Positions 41,313 to 49,251 of a stretch of 64,000 nucleotides of DNA are shown one piece after another. A program made the position numbers and the translations under genes. The stretch is from Armatimonadota bacterium (lineage in GTDB: Bacteria; Armatimonadota; SYMT01): positions 256,001 to 320,000 of the forward strand of contig JAWLHY010000002.1 of NCBI GenBank assembly GCA_041690135.1. Direction: 5' to 3'. Below the pieces are notes generated by a model, which was not told the origin of the DNA, did no database searches, and saw only the letters and a list, made by a program, of their open reading frames with translations. Positions within the stretch are counted from its first letter, which is position 1. Each line of letters starts with the position of its first letter.

Positions 41313-41792
41313 TTACTTGATGCGGATCTCGCCGATGCGGGTCCCTTCGGGCAAGTTCTTCACCTGTTGGTGGACCTGCCCCAGCACGGAAAAGTGCACC
41401 TGGATATCCGTGGGCACTAGGTTGTCGCCCGAGTACTCCCCGCCGAGCGCGGGCGGGTGCTGGAAGCTGTAGATCTGACCGGGCGCCAGTGTTTTCCCGG
41501 AGGCACGCAAGTTCAGGATCAGTGACGGCACGAAGGAATCCATCACGAATTCCCGGTCGCCCAGCAGCGCTCGGAACTCGTCCACGGAGTCGGCGACTTT
41601 CTCCAGCGCACCGCCGCCCACGTCCAGCAGGTGAACGGTTCCGTCCTCCGTATCCTGGAGGTAGGCGTCACCCAGGGCCGAAAGCAGGATCGGCTGTTTT
41701 GCGGAACCGATGAGCCAGTGCCAATCGGTAAGGAGCGCTTCCCGGTCGAGATGCTGGAAGTTGACCGTGAGGTCGTTCATGGTGATCGGCAT
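41313..41792 (-). CDS. DUF1851/Tdi1-like immunity-type protein
   Basis: W.WL, SALGD.Y, L..GQIYSF..P..LGGEY..DNL pattern; RBS AAGGAGG. Confidence 0.7.
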   Translation of the reverse strand: MPITMNDLTVNFQHLDREALLTDWHWLIGSAKQPILLSALGDAYLQDTEDGTVHLLDVGGGALEKVADSVDEFRALLGDREFVMDSFVPSLILNLRASGKTLAPGQIYSFQHPPALGGEYSGDNLVPTDIQVHFSVLGQVHQQVKNLPEGTRIGEIRIK

Positions 41793-41929
41793 GGAAAGCC
41801 TCCTTCTGTGCCGGCTGCGACCGGCCATCGTTCGCCGCAGCGGGCAACTCCCCGCATGGTAGTGAACGATCATTCCATCTTTCGGCCCGGCGACGGGGAA
41901 CTCCTCTCTCGGCAAACCTCCTCCGGGGG

Positions 41930-42149
41930 AGTGGCTGACGCTGGACGCCGGTGTCACTTACCACCCGTGCCTTCAGAGTACAGCCTGCCTGGGGATCACC
42001 GCGACCACCAACGGACGCGCCGACCTCATAGCGAAATGGCCAATGTCGTATTCGCGGACGGGCACGTGAAGGCCGTCAAGCGGGACTCCCTCACTGCCGT
42101 CAACCAGGGGAACAATCTCCTCCCGTGGGGTTACACCATCGTCCCCTAG
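41930..42149 (+). pseudogene. 3' remnant of an H-X9-DG (DUF1559-type) gene
   Basis: PHSEMANVVFADGHVKAVK motif with no prepilin N-terminus; apparent frameshift just upstream. Confidence 0.6.
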
Positions 42150-42336
42150 GAAACGGATCCCCTTTCGGACAATCATCGCCAACTGCCCGTCACCTTCGCA
42201 AGGAGTGACGGGCTTCTTCATGGGCTAACCTCTACCTGGCGACTCACCGCACTGGCTCCCGACCCTCGCGGCGGTCCCCGAGCGGAATGACCAGCACCCG
42301 CAAGGCCGGCTGCTCACGGTAGAGGACTCGCGACTC

Positions 42337-43113
42337 ATGTCCCTTAGGTTCCATGCGGCGATCGCCGAACTGCTGGGCATCGTCCCCGTGCCCGCCCCCG
42401 AAAGAATGGCCGCCCTCGAGCAGCGCGAAACGGTGTGTAAAACCCGTTTCCCCGCGTCCGTCCGGGAGTGGCTTTCGCTACCGGGTGTCGAGAGCATCTT
42501 TCATGACCGGAGCAACGACGACCACCTCGAACCGGTGGACGCCCTGGGTGATCCGGGGGAGACGGCCCAGGGCTGGCTCCGCGTGGCCAAAGAGAACCAG
42601 TGGGTGGTGGCCTGGTACGTGCGGCTCGATGAAGGAGAGGACCCGCCCGTCTACCACAACAACGACGAGTGGAATGAAGACCTGGCGCTTACGGACTGGC
42701 AAGAGACTTCCCCCTCCTTCAGCGCCTTCATCTTCGATATGTTGGCCGACGACTGCTTCGGCCGGGGTTGCTCCGGTCTGCTCCTGTCGGCGGTGGATCG
42801 GCTTCCCGGCCCGGAGGAGTTGAAAGCTCTGGAGAGCTGGTTCCGCAAAGGCCCCGTTACGTGCACTCCCGACTACAGCGTGTACCGCTTTGCCGACGCG
42901 CAGACGCTGGTCACGATCGAAGCCGGTTCCGCGTTCGAATTGCCGCCGGGAAAGGCGAAGTGGCGTCTTCGCACGGCTGATGCGGAGGCGCTCTTCAGTG
43001 CCGGCCGGAAGCTGCGGGGTCTCGGGACGATGGCCGAAACGCTGAGCGCGCAGGACTGCACCCCGGAAGCCAGGGGGTGGTGCGACTGGGTCCTGGAGCG
43101 ATTGCGGCAATAG
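42337..43113 (+). CDS. SMI1/KNR4 (SUKH)-like protein
   Basis: LEQRE...FPASVREW and ENQWVVAWYVRLDEGEDPPVY...SFSAFI; RBS GAGGA. Confidence 0.7.
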   Translation: MSLRFHAAIAELLGIVPVPAPERMAALEQRETVCKTRFPASVREWLSLPGVESIFHDRSNDDHLEPVDALGDPGETAQGWLRVAKENQWVVAWYVRLDEGEDPPVYHNNDEWNEDLALTDWQETSPSFSAFIFDMLADDCFGRGCSGLLLSAVDRLPGPEELKALESWFRKGPVTCTPDYSVYRFADAQTLVTIEAGSAFELPPGKAKWRLRTADAEALFSAGRKLRGLGTMAETLSAQDCTPEARGWCDWVLERLRQ

Positions 43114-43141
43114 CCATCCAGGCGCCCACTGGAAAAACTGG

Positions 43142-43171
43142 TTGACGGAGGTTCACGGGGTGAGGTATTCT
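43142..43171 (+). promoter_or_regulatory. sigma70-type promoter of the Y RNA/Ro60 locus
   Basis: TTGACG-N18-TATTCT in an AT-rich patch. Confidence 0.6.
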
Positions 43172-43267
43172 AAAATCTTCCGCTCCGAAAGGACGAGACT
43201 GGGCTGGTGAAAGCCCGGTGGGCGGGAGGTCGGTTCGCCGCCGTTAAGGACGGCTCCGGCTCGATAC

Positions 43268-43428
43268 GCTGAACGTAGCTCAACGGGAAGAGTCCTGCGC
43301 CTTTGCAAAAGACCCCTTCCCCTCGGCGCCCCTTGCCCGGTAACGGGCCGTAGTCAGAGGGTTATCTACACTGAGCCCATCGCTAAAGGCTCGCGAGGAG
43401 ATGCAGGTTCGAATCCTGCCGTTCAGCA
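43268..43428 (+). ncRNA. tRNA-like Y RNA (YrlA-like, circularly permuted)
   Basis: Acceptor GCTGAACG/CGTTCAGC, D arm TAGCTCAACGGGAAGAGT, T arm GCAGG-TTCGAAT-CCTGC; internal CTTGCCCG-GTAA-CGGGCCGTAG...GGGTTATC Ro-binding-like stem. Confidence 0.75.
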
Positions 43429-43440
43429 TCGTCGGAATCA

Positions 43441-43510
43441 GGAAGCGGGCCGGAGCGCCTGGGTTATCGAGCAGACGATCAACCCCCAGACGCACCACTT
43501 GCCTGCTTCC
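43441..43510 (+). ncRNA. Y RNA (compact, YrlB/metazoan-like)
   Basis: Terminal stem GGAAGCGGGC/GCCTGCTTCC, bulged CGGAG, GGGTTATC, 3' CACTTG; 23 nt upstream of the Ro60 start codon. Confidence 0.8.
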
Positions 43511-43533
43511 CCTTTCCTTTCGGAGTGGTGGCC

Positions 43534-45189
43534 ATGAGCTATCTGCAGAACGTTCTCTCCACCCGGCAAACGCCGCAGTCCGCCCCGATTCCCGGCACCG
43601 ACCAGGTTCCCAACAGCGCGGGCGGTTTTGCGTGGGCCGTCGACGACTGGACCCGGCTTGACCGCTTTCTGATCCTTGGTAGTGAAGGCGGCTCCTACTA
43701 CGCCGGCGAGCAGAAGCTGACGCTGGAGAACGCGGCTACCGTCAAACGCTGCGTGGAACTCGACGGCGAGCGGGCGGTCCGCCGCATCGTGGAGATCAGT
43801 GACGCCGGGCGCGCTCCCAGGAACGATCCCGCGATCTTTGCGCTGGCGGTGGCGTCGGCCTGGGGGGAAGCCTCCGCGCGGTCCGCGGCCTTCCGTGCCC
43901 TTCCCCGGGTTTGCCGGACCGGCACGCACCTGTTTCACTTCGCCGGTTACGTAGAGGGGATGCGGGGCTGGGGACGGGGCCTCCGCACGGCGGTGGCTTC
44001 CTGGTACTCGGAGCGGCCGGCGCGGGATCTCGCCTACCAGGCGGTGAAATACGGGCAGCGGGATGGCTGGAGCCATCGCGACCTGCTGCGGCTGGCGCAC
44101 CCGAAGGCGGAGCCCGATTCCGCGCACAACGCCCTCTACCGCTGGATCGTGAAGGGCTGGGAGGGCGTTGATGAGGAGCCCCATCCGGACCCGGACCTGC
44201 GCCTCATCTGGGCCTGCGAGCGGGTGAAGCGCGTCGGGACCCGCGAGGAGGTGGCGGCGCTGGTTGCCGAGTACGGCGTGCCGCGGGAGGCGGTACCCAC
44301 CTACTGGTTGGGGCAGGCGGTCGTGTGGGAGGCGCTCCTCCAGGGGATGCCGATGACGGCTCTCATCCGGAACCTGGCCACCCTCACCCGGGTGGGCCTG
44401 CTCACCCCGCACGCCGACGCCACCCGCCGGGTGGTGGCGCAGTTGACGGATGGAGAGCGACTCCGCCGGGCGCGGGTTCATCCCATCCAGGTGCTCTCGG
44501 CGCTCCGCACTTACGCCCAGGGGCACGGTGAGCGGGGCAATCACCAATGGGCGCCGGTGGCCCAGGTGGTGGATGCTCTCGACGCGGCCTTCTACACCGG
44601 TTTCGGCAACGTCTCGCCCACCGGCAAGCGTTGGATGCTGGCCCTGGATGTTTCCGGGTCGATGGCGTGCGGCCTGATCGCGGGGGTTCCCGGCCTCACA
44701 CCGCGGATCGCTTCCGCGGCAATGGCCCTCATCACGGCGGCGGTGGAACCGAATCATAGCCTGGTTGCCTTCACCGCGGGGCAAGGTGGTTACGGCGGAC
44801 AGTGGGGCGGCGGAGTCTCCGGCCTCACGCCCCTGGCCCTATCCCCCCGACAGCGGTTGGACGATGTGGTCAAGACGGTCGCCGCCCTTCCCATGGGCGG
44901 GACCGACTGCTCGCTGCCGATGCTCCACGCTACGAAGCACCGGATCCCCGTCGACTGCTTTGTGATTTACACGGACAGCGAGACGTGGCACGGGCAGATC
45001 CACCCCGCCCAGGCGCTCCGGGAGTACCGGGGCCGGATGGGCATTCCGGCCCGCCTGGTCGTCTGTGGGATGCTCTCCAACGGCTTCACCATCGCCGACC
45101 CGGACGATGCCGGCATGCTCGACGTCGTCGGCTTCGACACCGCCACCCCCAACCTGATCAGCGATTTCGCCGTGGGCAACGGCGCGTAA
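43534..45189 (+). CDS. rsr: Ro60 / TROVE domain RNA-binding protein with vWA domain
   Basis: QVPNSAGGF, RLDRFLILGSEGGSYY, KYGQRDGWSHRDLLRLAHP, MPMTALIRNL, MIDAS DVSGSM, GGTDC, YTDSET, GMLDVVGFD. Confidence 0.96.
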   Translation: MSYLQNVLSTRQTPQSAPIPGTDQVPNSAGGFAWAVDDWTRLDRFLILGSEGGSYYAGEQKLTLENAATVKRCVELDGERAVRRIVEISDAGRAPRNDPAIFALAVASAWGEASARSAAFRALPRVCRTGTHLFHFAGYVEGMRGWGRGLRTAVASWYSERPARDLAYQAVKYGQRDGWSHRDLLRLAHPKAEPDSAHNALYRWIVKGWEGVDEEPHPDPDLRLIWACERVKRVGTREEVAALVAEYGVPREAVPTYWLGQAVVWEALLQGMPMTALIRNLATLTRVGLLTPHADATRRVVAQLTDGERLRRARVHPIQVLSALRTYAQGHGERGNHQWAPVAQVVDALDAAFYTGFGNVSPTGKRWMLALDVSGSMACGLIAGVPGLTPRIASAAMALITAAVEPNHSLVAFTAGQGGYGGQWGGGVSGLTPLALSPRQRLDDVVKTVAALPMGGTDCSLPMLHATKHRIPVDCFVIYTDSETWHGQIHPAQALREYRGRMGIPARLVVCGMLSNGFTIADPDDAGMLDVVGFDTATPNLISDFAVGNGA

Positions 45190-45193
45190 ATTA

Positions 45194-45236
45194 GAACAAA
45201 AGTTTTATGACGACGCCGGAAGTACTGCGGTATTAT
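45194..45236 (+). promoter_or_regulatory. putative promoter with a LexA-box-like site upstream of the retron
   Basis: GAACAAAAGTTT (GAAC-N4-GTTY) at 45194-45205; ATGACG-N18-TATTAT immediately before the a1 repeat. Confidence 0.4.
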
Positions 45237-45238
45237 GT

Positions 45239-45503
45239 CGGTGGAAAGGGCAGTCTGGGGAGCGGGTTGTTGCTAGCATTCCGCCTGCGGCGTTTCGCCG
45301 TGGCTGCAGTGAAGCTCGCTTCACAGCACCGGCCACCGATGCCACTCAGCTCGGCAATAGGGGTACCCCTCTTATTCGCTGCGCTGGGGCGACGTGGTCC
45401 ACTACGAATAAGAGGGGTACCCCTACCGCCGAGCCTACAGTGATCGGTCCCGGTCCTCGGTGGGTAAGTAGCACTCTTCCGCTCTCCAGGCGCCTTTCCA
45501 CCG
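45239..45503 (+). ncRNA. retron msr-msd non-coding RNA
   Basis: a1/a2 repeats CGGTGGAAAGG..CTGGGGAGCGG / CCGCTCTCCAG..CCTTTCCACCG; inner TGCTA/TAGCA with candidate branching G45276; two short msr hairpins; msd hairpin with a 21-bp perfect core. Confidence 0.85.
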
Positions 45504-45532
45504 TTTTCGACGCGCCCGCGAGGAGTGCCGGA

Positions 45533-48500
45533 ATGACGCCTTCCGATGGAGCCAGGGCCCGGAGCCTGCTGCCCCAGGCCGGGAACGAGGACGAGGAGTT
45601 TCTCCTCCGGTTCGCGCGGGAGGCGCCGGCCCTTTACGGTACCTGGCGCTACCTGAAAGGCCTGTATAAGGATGCCGAGGCGGCGGCTTCCCCGGCGGTG
45701 CTCGGCGTGCTCATCGGTCGACTGGACACCCTGGACCCTCTGGGCCTCCGAGCAGAGACAATCGGCAACGGTCCGGACCTTTCCGGCGCGCTGGCGGTTT
45801 CGGTGGAGCCTCCGCTGGCCTGCGTCACCCTCTGGTCCGGCTTCGTGCTCCTGGACCTTTCGGACCCCGCGGCGCCCCGGCAGGTGTGCCGGGAGAATGC
45901 GGGCCGGACGAAACGCGCGGTCCTGGCGGGCGGCCGAGCCTACGTGGAACTGGAGGGAGAGAGGAACGCCGCGGACCGCATCCTGATCTTCGACCTCTCC
46001 AACCCGCGGCGGCCGGTGGATATCGGCGCCGTGGAGGTGCGGGGGGTCCGCGGGATGGCGGTGGTGGGGCAGCACCTCATCCTGGCCGAGGGCGTGGGGG
46101 CGGAGCGGGGTCGCCTGCGGGTGTTCGACGTGGCGGATCCCGGCCGGCCGGAACCGGTGGCGAACCTGGCGCTCCGCGACGTCTCTGGGATGGCGGTGTC
46201 CCACCGCCGGGCGTACGTGGCGAGCGGCGCCGGCCAGAGCCGTGCTCCCGGCCTGCACGTGGTCGACCTTTCCGATCCGCGGCAGCCCACGGTGCTCGGG
46301 TTCTTCCCGGTCAGCGCTGCGGGTGTGGTGGTGGACGACACGTACCTGGAAATCCAGCGGCGCGGCCGGACCCTGTGGGTCCTCGATCCCTCGGTGCCGC
46401 CGCCGGCAGCCGCGCAGCCTCCCGCGCCCAACCCGGCGGAAGCCCGGCCCGGACTGTTGCAACGGGTGACCAATCTGTTCCAGCGGCCCTCCGCCGAGCG
46501 AGCGGCAGAGGGGGCGTCTTCCCTGGCCCATGGCGTGTACGAGCGCGGGAACGACGGACGGATCCAGAGTGCGGCGGTCCACCGGGGTCACCTCTACCTG
46601 GCCCAACAGTGGGGCGGCCTGGAGGTCGTTTCTCTCGCGGAGCCGGGCGTGCCCAGGCGGGTGGGAGAAGTTTCCACCGGGAATTCGCCGTTTCTGGCGG
46701 TTTCGGGTGACCTGCTGTTCGCGTTTCCCCAGTATGGGCAATGGATGGTTTTCGACGTCTCCACGCCCGCGCACCCCGCGCAGCTCGGCCTGCCTCCGAG
46801 CTCGCGGACCGTGGGGTACATGAAGCGCCGTGCTCGCCGCTTCCTGCGCACGCTGGAGGCGCCGGAGCGTTTCGTGGAGACGGCCTACCATGCCCTGCTG
46901 GAAGCGGGCCGCGGCCGGAAGGAGCTCGACCTGGAGCAGCAGTGGGTCTCGGTCGACCTGCTCTACGGCCGGTCCGGACGGTACGTGCAAACCCGTCACG
47001 GGCGGGGGCCTTACGTGGCCCGGCAACCGGAGCTTCGGTCGCTGCGCCGAACCCGCGAGGAGCGCCGGCCCGAGGCGTGGGACCAGCGGCCGAACCTGGC
47101 GTGTGCCCTGTTCGCCGAGCCGGATCTGCCCTGGCAGGTCCACGAGTGCATGCTCAAGATCTTGCAGGCCAACCGCGAGCCCGTGCCGGCGCTCGGCCCG
47201 GGGCTGCGCCTGCGGTTCCTGCGCAGTGGGTCTCCCCTGCTGATCTTGCTGGCCGCCCGCGAGGTCGCTGGCGAGATCGAGGCCGGGACGAAGCTCGACG
47301 GCGAGCCGTCGGCCCGTGCGTACTTCTACGCGAACGCCACCCGTCGGAAGCAGATCGCGTCCCGGCTGGCCGCCCGCTCCGGATCTCCGGGTTGGGCCCG
47401 CCCCTTTGCCGCCACCCTGTTGGAGCTGATCGTCGCGGCGTTGGAGAGCGGAGGCATCTCCCGGCGCGTCGTGAGCGCGGCCGGTCTGCTCACCCGGAGC
47501 TTCTCGCCGTTCATCCCCGGAGAACGCCTTCTGCCCCTGGCGGTTCGGATGGTGGAATCGGGCCGGCCGGAGTTGCTCGAGCTCGTGCTGGCGGGGTTCC
47601 GCGGCGCCACGCTCAAGTCCCTTCCGGAATGGCTCGCGCTGTGGGGACAACTGCCCGAAGAGGCCCGGGAGCGAGCCTGGGGGGCGCTAGAATCCGGAAT
47701 GCGGCGGACCCGCATCACCTATGCGGCGGCGCTCGAACTGGTAACGGCGGAATCGGAGGCGGTCCGCGAAGGGGGCTGGCGCGTGCTGCAACTGCTCTCG
47801 CCGGAGCCGAAGCTGCTGAGTGCGCTCTGGGAGCAACTGCTCTCCACCACCGAGGAGACCCCGGCACTGCGCACGGCCGTCGGTTCCGCCGCGGCGCTCG
47901 CGTTGCTGGCGCGATCGGGATTGAGCCCGGACCGGCTGACCGAGCGGCTCACCGCGATCCCTTCCCTGGCGGGACTGCTGTCGCCGGAGACGATGGAGGT
48001 CGTCGCCGGATCGGTGCCGGTCGAGGGGCTCCTGTCGCTCGTCGCGGCTATCCCGGAGGCGCGCTGGACCGTGCTGCGCGGCGCGGTCCTGGAAGGCTTG
48101 CGGCAGTCCGGCCGGCTCGGCGCGTTCTGGAAGGTCGTGCCCTCGGCGCTGGGCGACCCCGTCTTGCAGCAGCGATTGCTGGAGGATCCTGCCGTCGTCG
48201 CCTCGCTGCTGACCGTGGAAGACCCGGCGGTGCTGGAGATCCCCGATCCGCCGTTTGAGGACCTGCTCTACCAGTGGGCGATTTCCCACGCCGGTCTGCT
48301 TCCCCGCGGCTCCTCGGGATTGTTGACCGCGGCCACTCACCCCCTGCCCCGGGTGCGCGATTGGGCCCTGGAGCGGGTGCGGGCCGAGGGGATGGACGTG
48401 CCCTTCGCTCTCCGCCTGCTGGAATCGACCGTTCCCGCCTCCATGGCGGTGGCGCAGGAGTTCTTCACCGCCGCCGCACCCGGCAGCCTGGATGAGATGA

Positions 48501-48934
48501 CCTACGCCCTGGCCTTGAGCGATAGCCCGGAGAGCGCGGTCCGCGCGGTGGGGCGGCAGTTCATCCACGACCGGTGGAGCACCCTGCCGCACTCCGACCT
48601 GCTGCGGGCCCTCTCGGAGCATGGGGACGCGGAGATGAACCGCTTCCTGGCGGACCTCCTTCTGCAAGAGGCGGACGAAGCCGTGGAGCGGTCATCGGAG
48701 GTCCGTGACTTCGAGCGCGGCGTGCTCCGTGCCCGCAACCGCGGGCGGCGCGCCAAGGAACGGGTGAAAGCCCGCCTCTCGCACACGGAGACGCCGGATG
48801 TCTCCCTCCTGCTGAGCCTCGCCCGCAGTGGAACCCCACGCGACGCCGAGTGGGCGATGAGCGAGTTGGGTCGCCTGGCGGCCTCCGGGGTCGCCGTGGA
48901 GGGGGTCAGCGTGGAAGGAGTGGCCGGGGTTTGA
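45533..48934 (+). CDS. retron-associated LVIVD beta-propeller + ARM/HEAT-like helical protein
   Basis: RBS AGGAG. Repeated (L/I).V.D(L/V)SDP..P motifs, followed by a long Leu/Ala/Arg-rich helical region. Confidence 0.8.
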   Translation: MTPSDGARARSLLPQAGNEDEEFLLRFAREAPALYGTWRYLKGLYKDAEAAASPAVLGVLIGRLDTLDPLGLRAETIGNGPDLSGALAVSVEPPLACVTLWSGFVLLDLSDPAAPRQVCRENAGRTKRAVLAGGRAYVELEGERNAADRILIFDLSNPRRPVDIGAVEVRGVRGMAVVGQHLILAEGVGAERGRLRVFDVADPGRPEPVANLALRDVSGMAVSHRRAYVASGAGQSRAPGLHVVDLSDPRQPTVLGFFPVSAAGVVVDDTYLEIQRRGRTLWVLDPSVPPPAAAQPPAPNPAEARPGLLQRVTNLFQRPSAERAAEGASSLAHGVYERGNDGRIQSAAVHRGHLYLAQQWGGLEVVSLAEPGVPRRVGEVSTGNSPFLAVSGDLLFAFPQYGQWMVFDVSTPAHPAQLGLPPSSRTVGYMKRRARRFLRTLEAPERFVETAYHALLEAGRGRKELDLEQQWVSVDLLYGRSGRYVQTRHGRGPYVARQPELRSLRRTREERRPEAWDQRPNLACALFAEPDLPWQVHECMLKILQANREPVPALGPGLRLRFLRSGSPLLILLAAREVAGEIEAGTKLDGEPSARAYFYANATRRKQIASRLAARSGSPGWARPFAATLLELIVAALESGGISRRVVSAAGLLTRSFSPFIPGERLLPLAVRMVESGRPELLELVLAGFRGATLKSLPEWLALWGQLPEEARERAWGALESGMRRTRITYAAALELVTAESEAVREGGWRVLQLLSPEPKLLSALWEQLLSTTEETPALRTAVGSAAALALLARSGLSPDRLTERLTAIPSLAGLLSPETMEVVAGSVPVEGLLSLVAAIPEARWTVLRGAVLEGLRQSGRLGAFWKVVPSALGDPVLQQRLLEDPAVVASLLTVEDPAVLEIPDPPFEDLLYQWAISHAGLLPRGSSGLLTAATHPLPRVRDWALERVRAEGMDVPFALRLLESTVPASMAVAQEFFTAAAPGSLDEMTYALALSDSPESAVRAVGRQFIHDRWSTLPHSDLLRALSEHGDAEMNRFLADLLLQEADEAVERSSEVRDFERGVLRARNRGRRAKERVKARLSHTETPDVSLLLSLARSGTPRDAEWAMSELGRLAASGVAVEGVSVEGVAGV

Positions 48935-49011
48935 GAGTTGAAGGCGAGTGTGAGGGGTAGGGGGACGAGTAGGAGTAAGAGTAAGAGTAGAAATCGGTTG
49001 GTACGGGATCA

Positions 49012-49151
49012 CGGGCAGTTGCACTGCCCGCGAAATACTTCGTCCCGCAGTTGCACTGCGGAAGCCTATGGTTTCGCAGTCGTTTCGGATCACCCAGATC
49101 GCCAATGCTGGTGCCAGGGCGGGGGCAGCGCAGTGCAACTGCGCACGAAGT
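49012..49151. repeat. REP/REPIN-like cluster of three GCAGT(T)GCA(A)CTGC palindromes
   Basis: Copies at 49012-49030, 49045-49061 and 49128-49144. The last two, with flanking ACTTCGT/ACGAAGT, form an inverted pair. A GAGTAA microrepeat lies upstream. Confidence 0.65.
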
Positions 49152-49251
49152 GTGACGGCTGCAGTCCAATCCATACGGACACATGTGCTGCAGCCGATCA
49201 GCCTGGCTTCCGCGGTTCGAAATACGCATCACGAATCACGCATCAAGACCT

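Noticed and set aside
43181-43200. Hammerhead ribozyme resemblance (TCCGAAAGGACGAGAC)
   Set aside because: The CTGATGA core is missing and GAAA is replaced by GAGA.
43268-43428. Ordinary tRNA or tRNA with a group I intron
   Set aside because: No 7-nt anticodon loop can be rebuilt; the insert is too short for a group I intron and carries Y RNA motifs instead.
45207-45443. 78-aa ORF and the 45440 start of the large ORF
   Set aside because: Both overlap the retron ncRNA structure; the RBS-supported start is ATG 45533.
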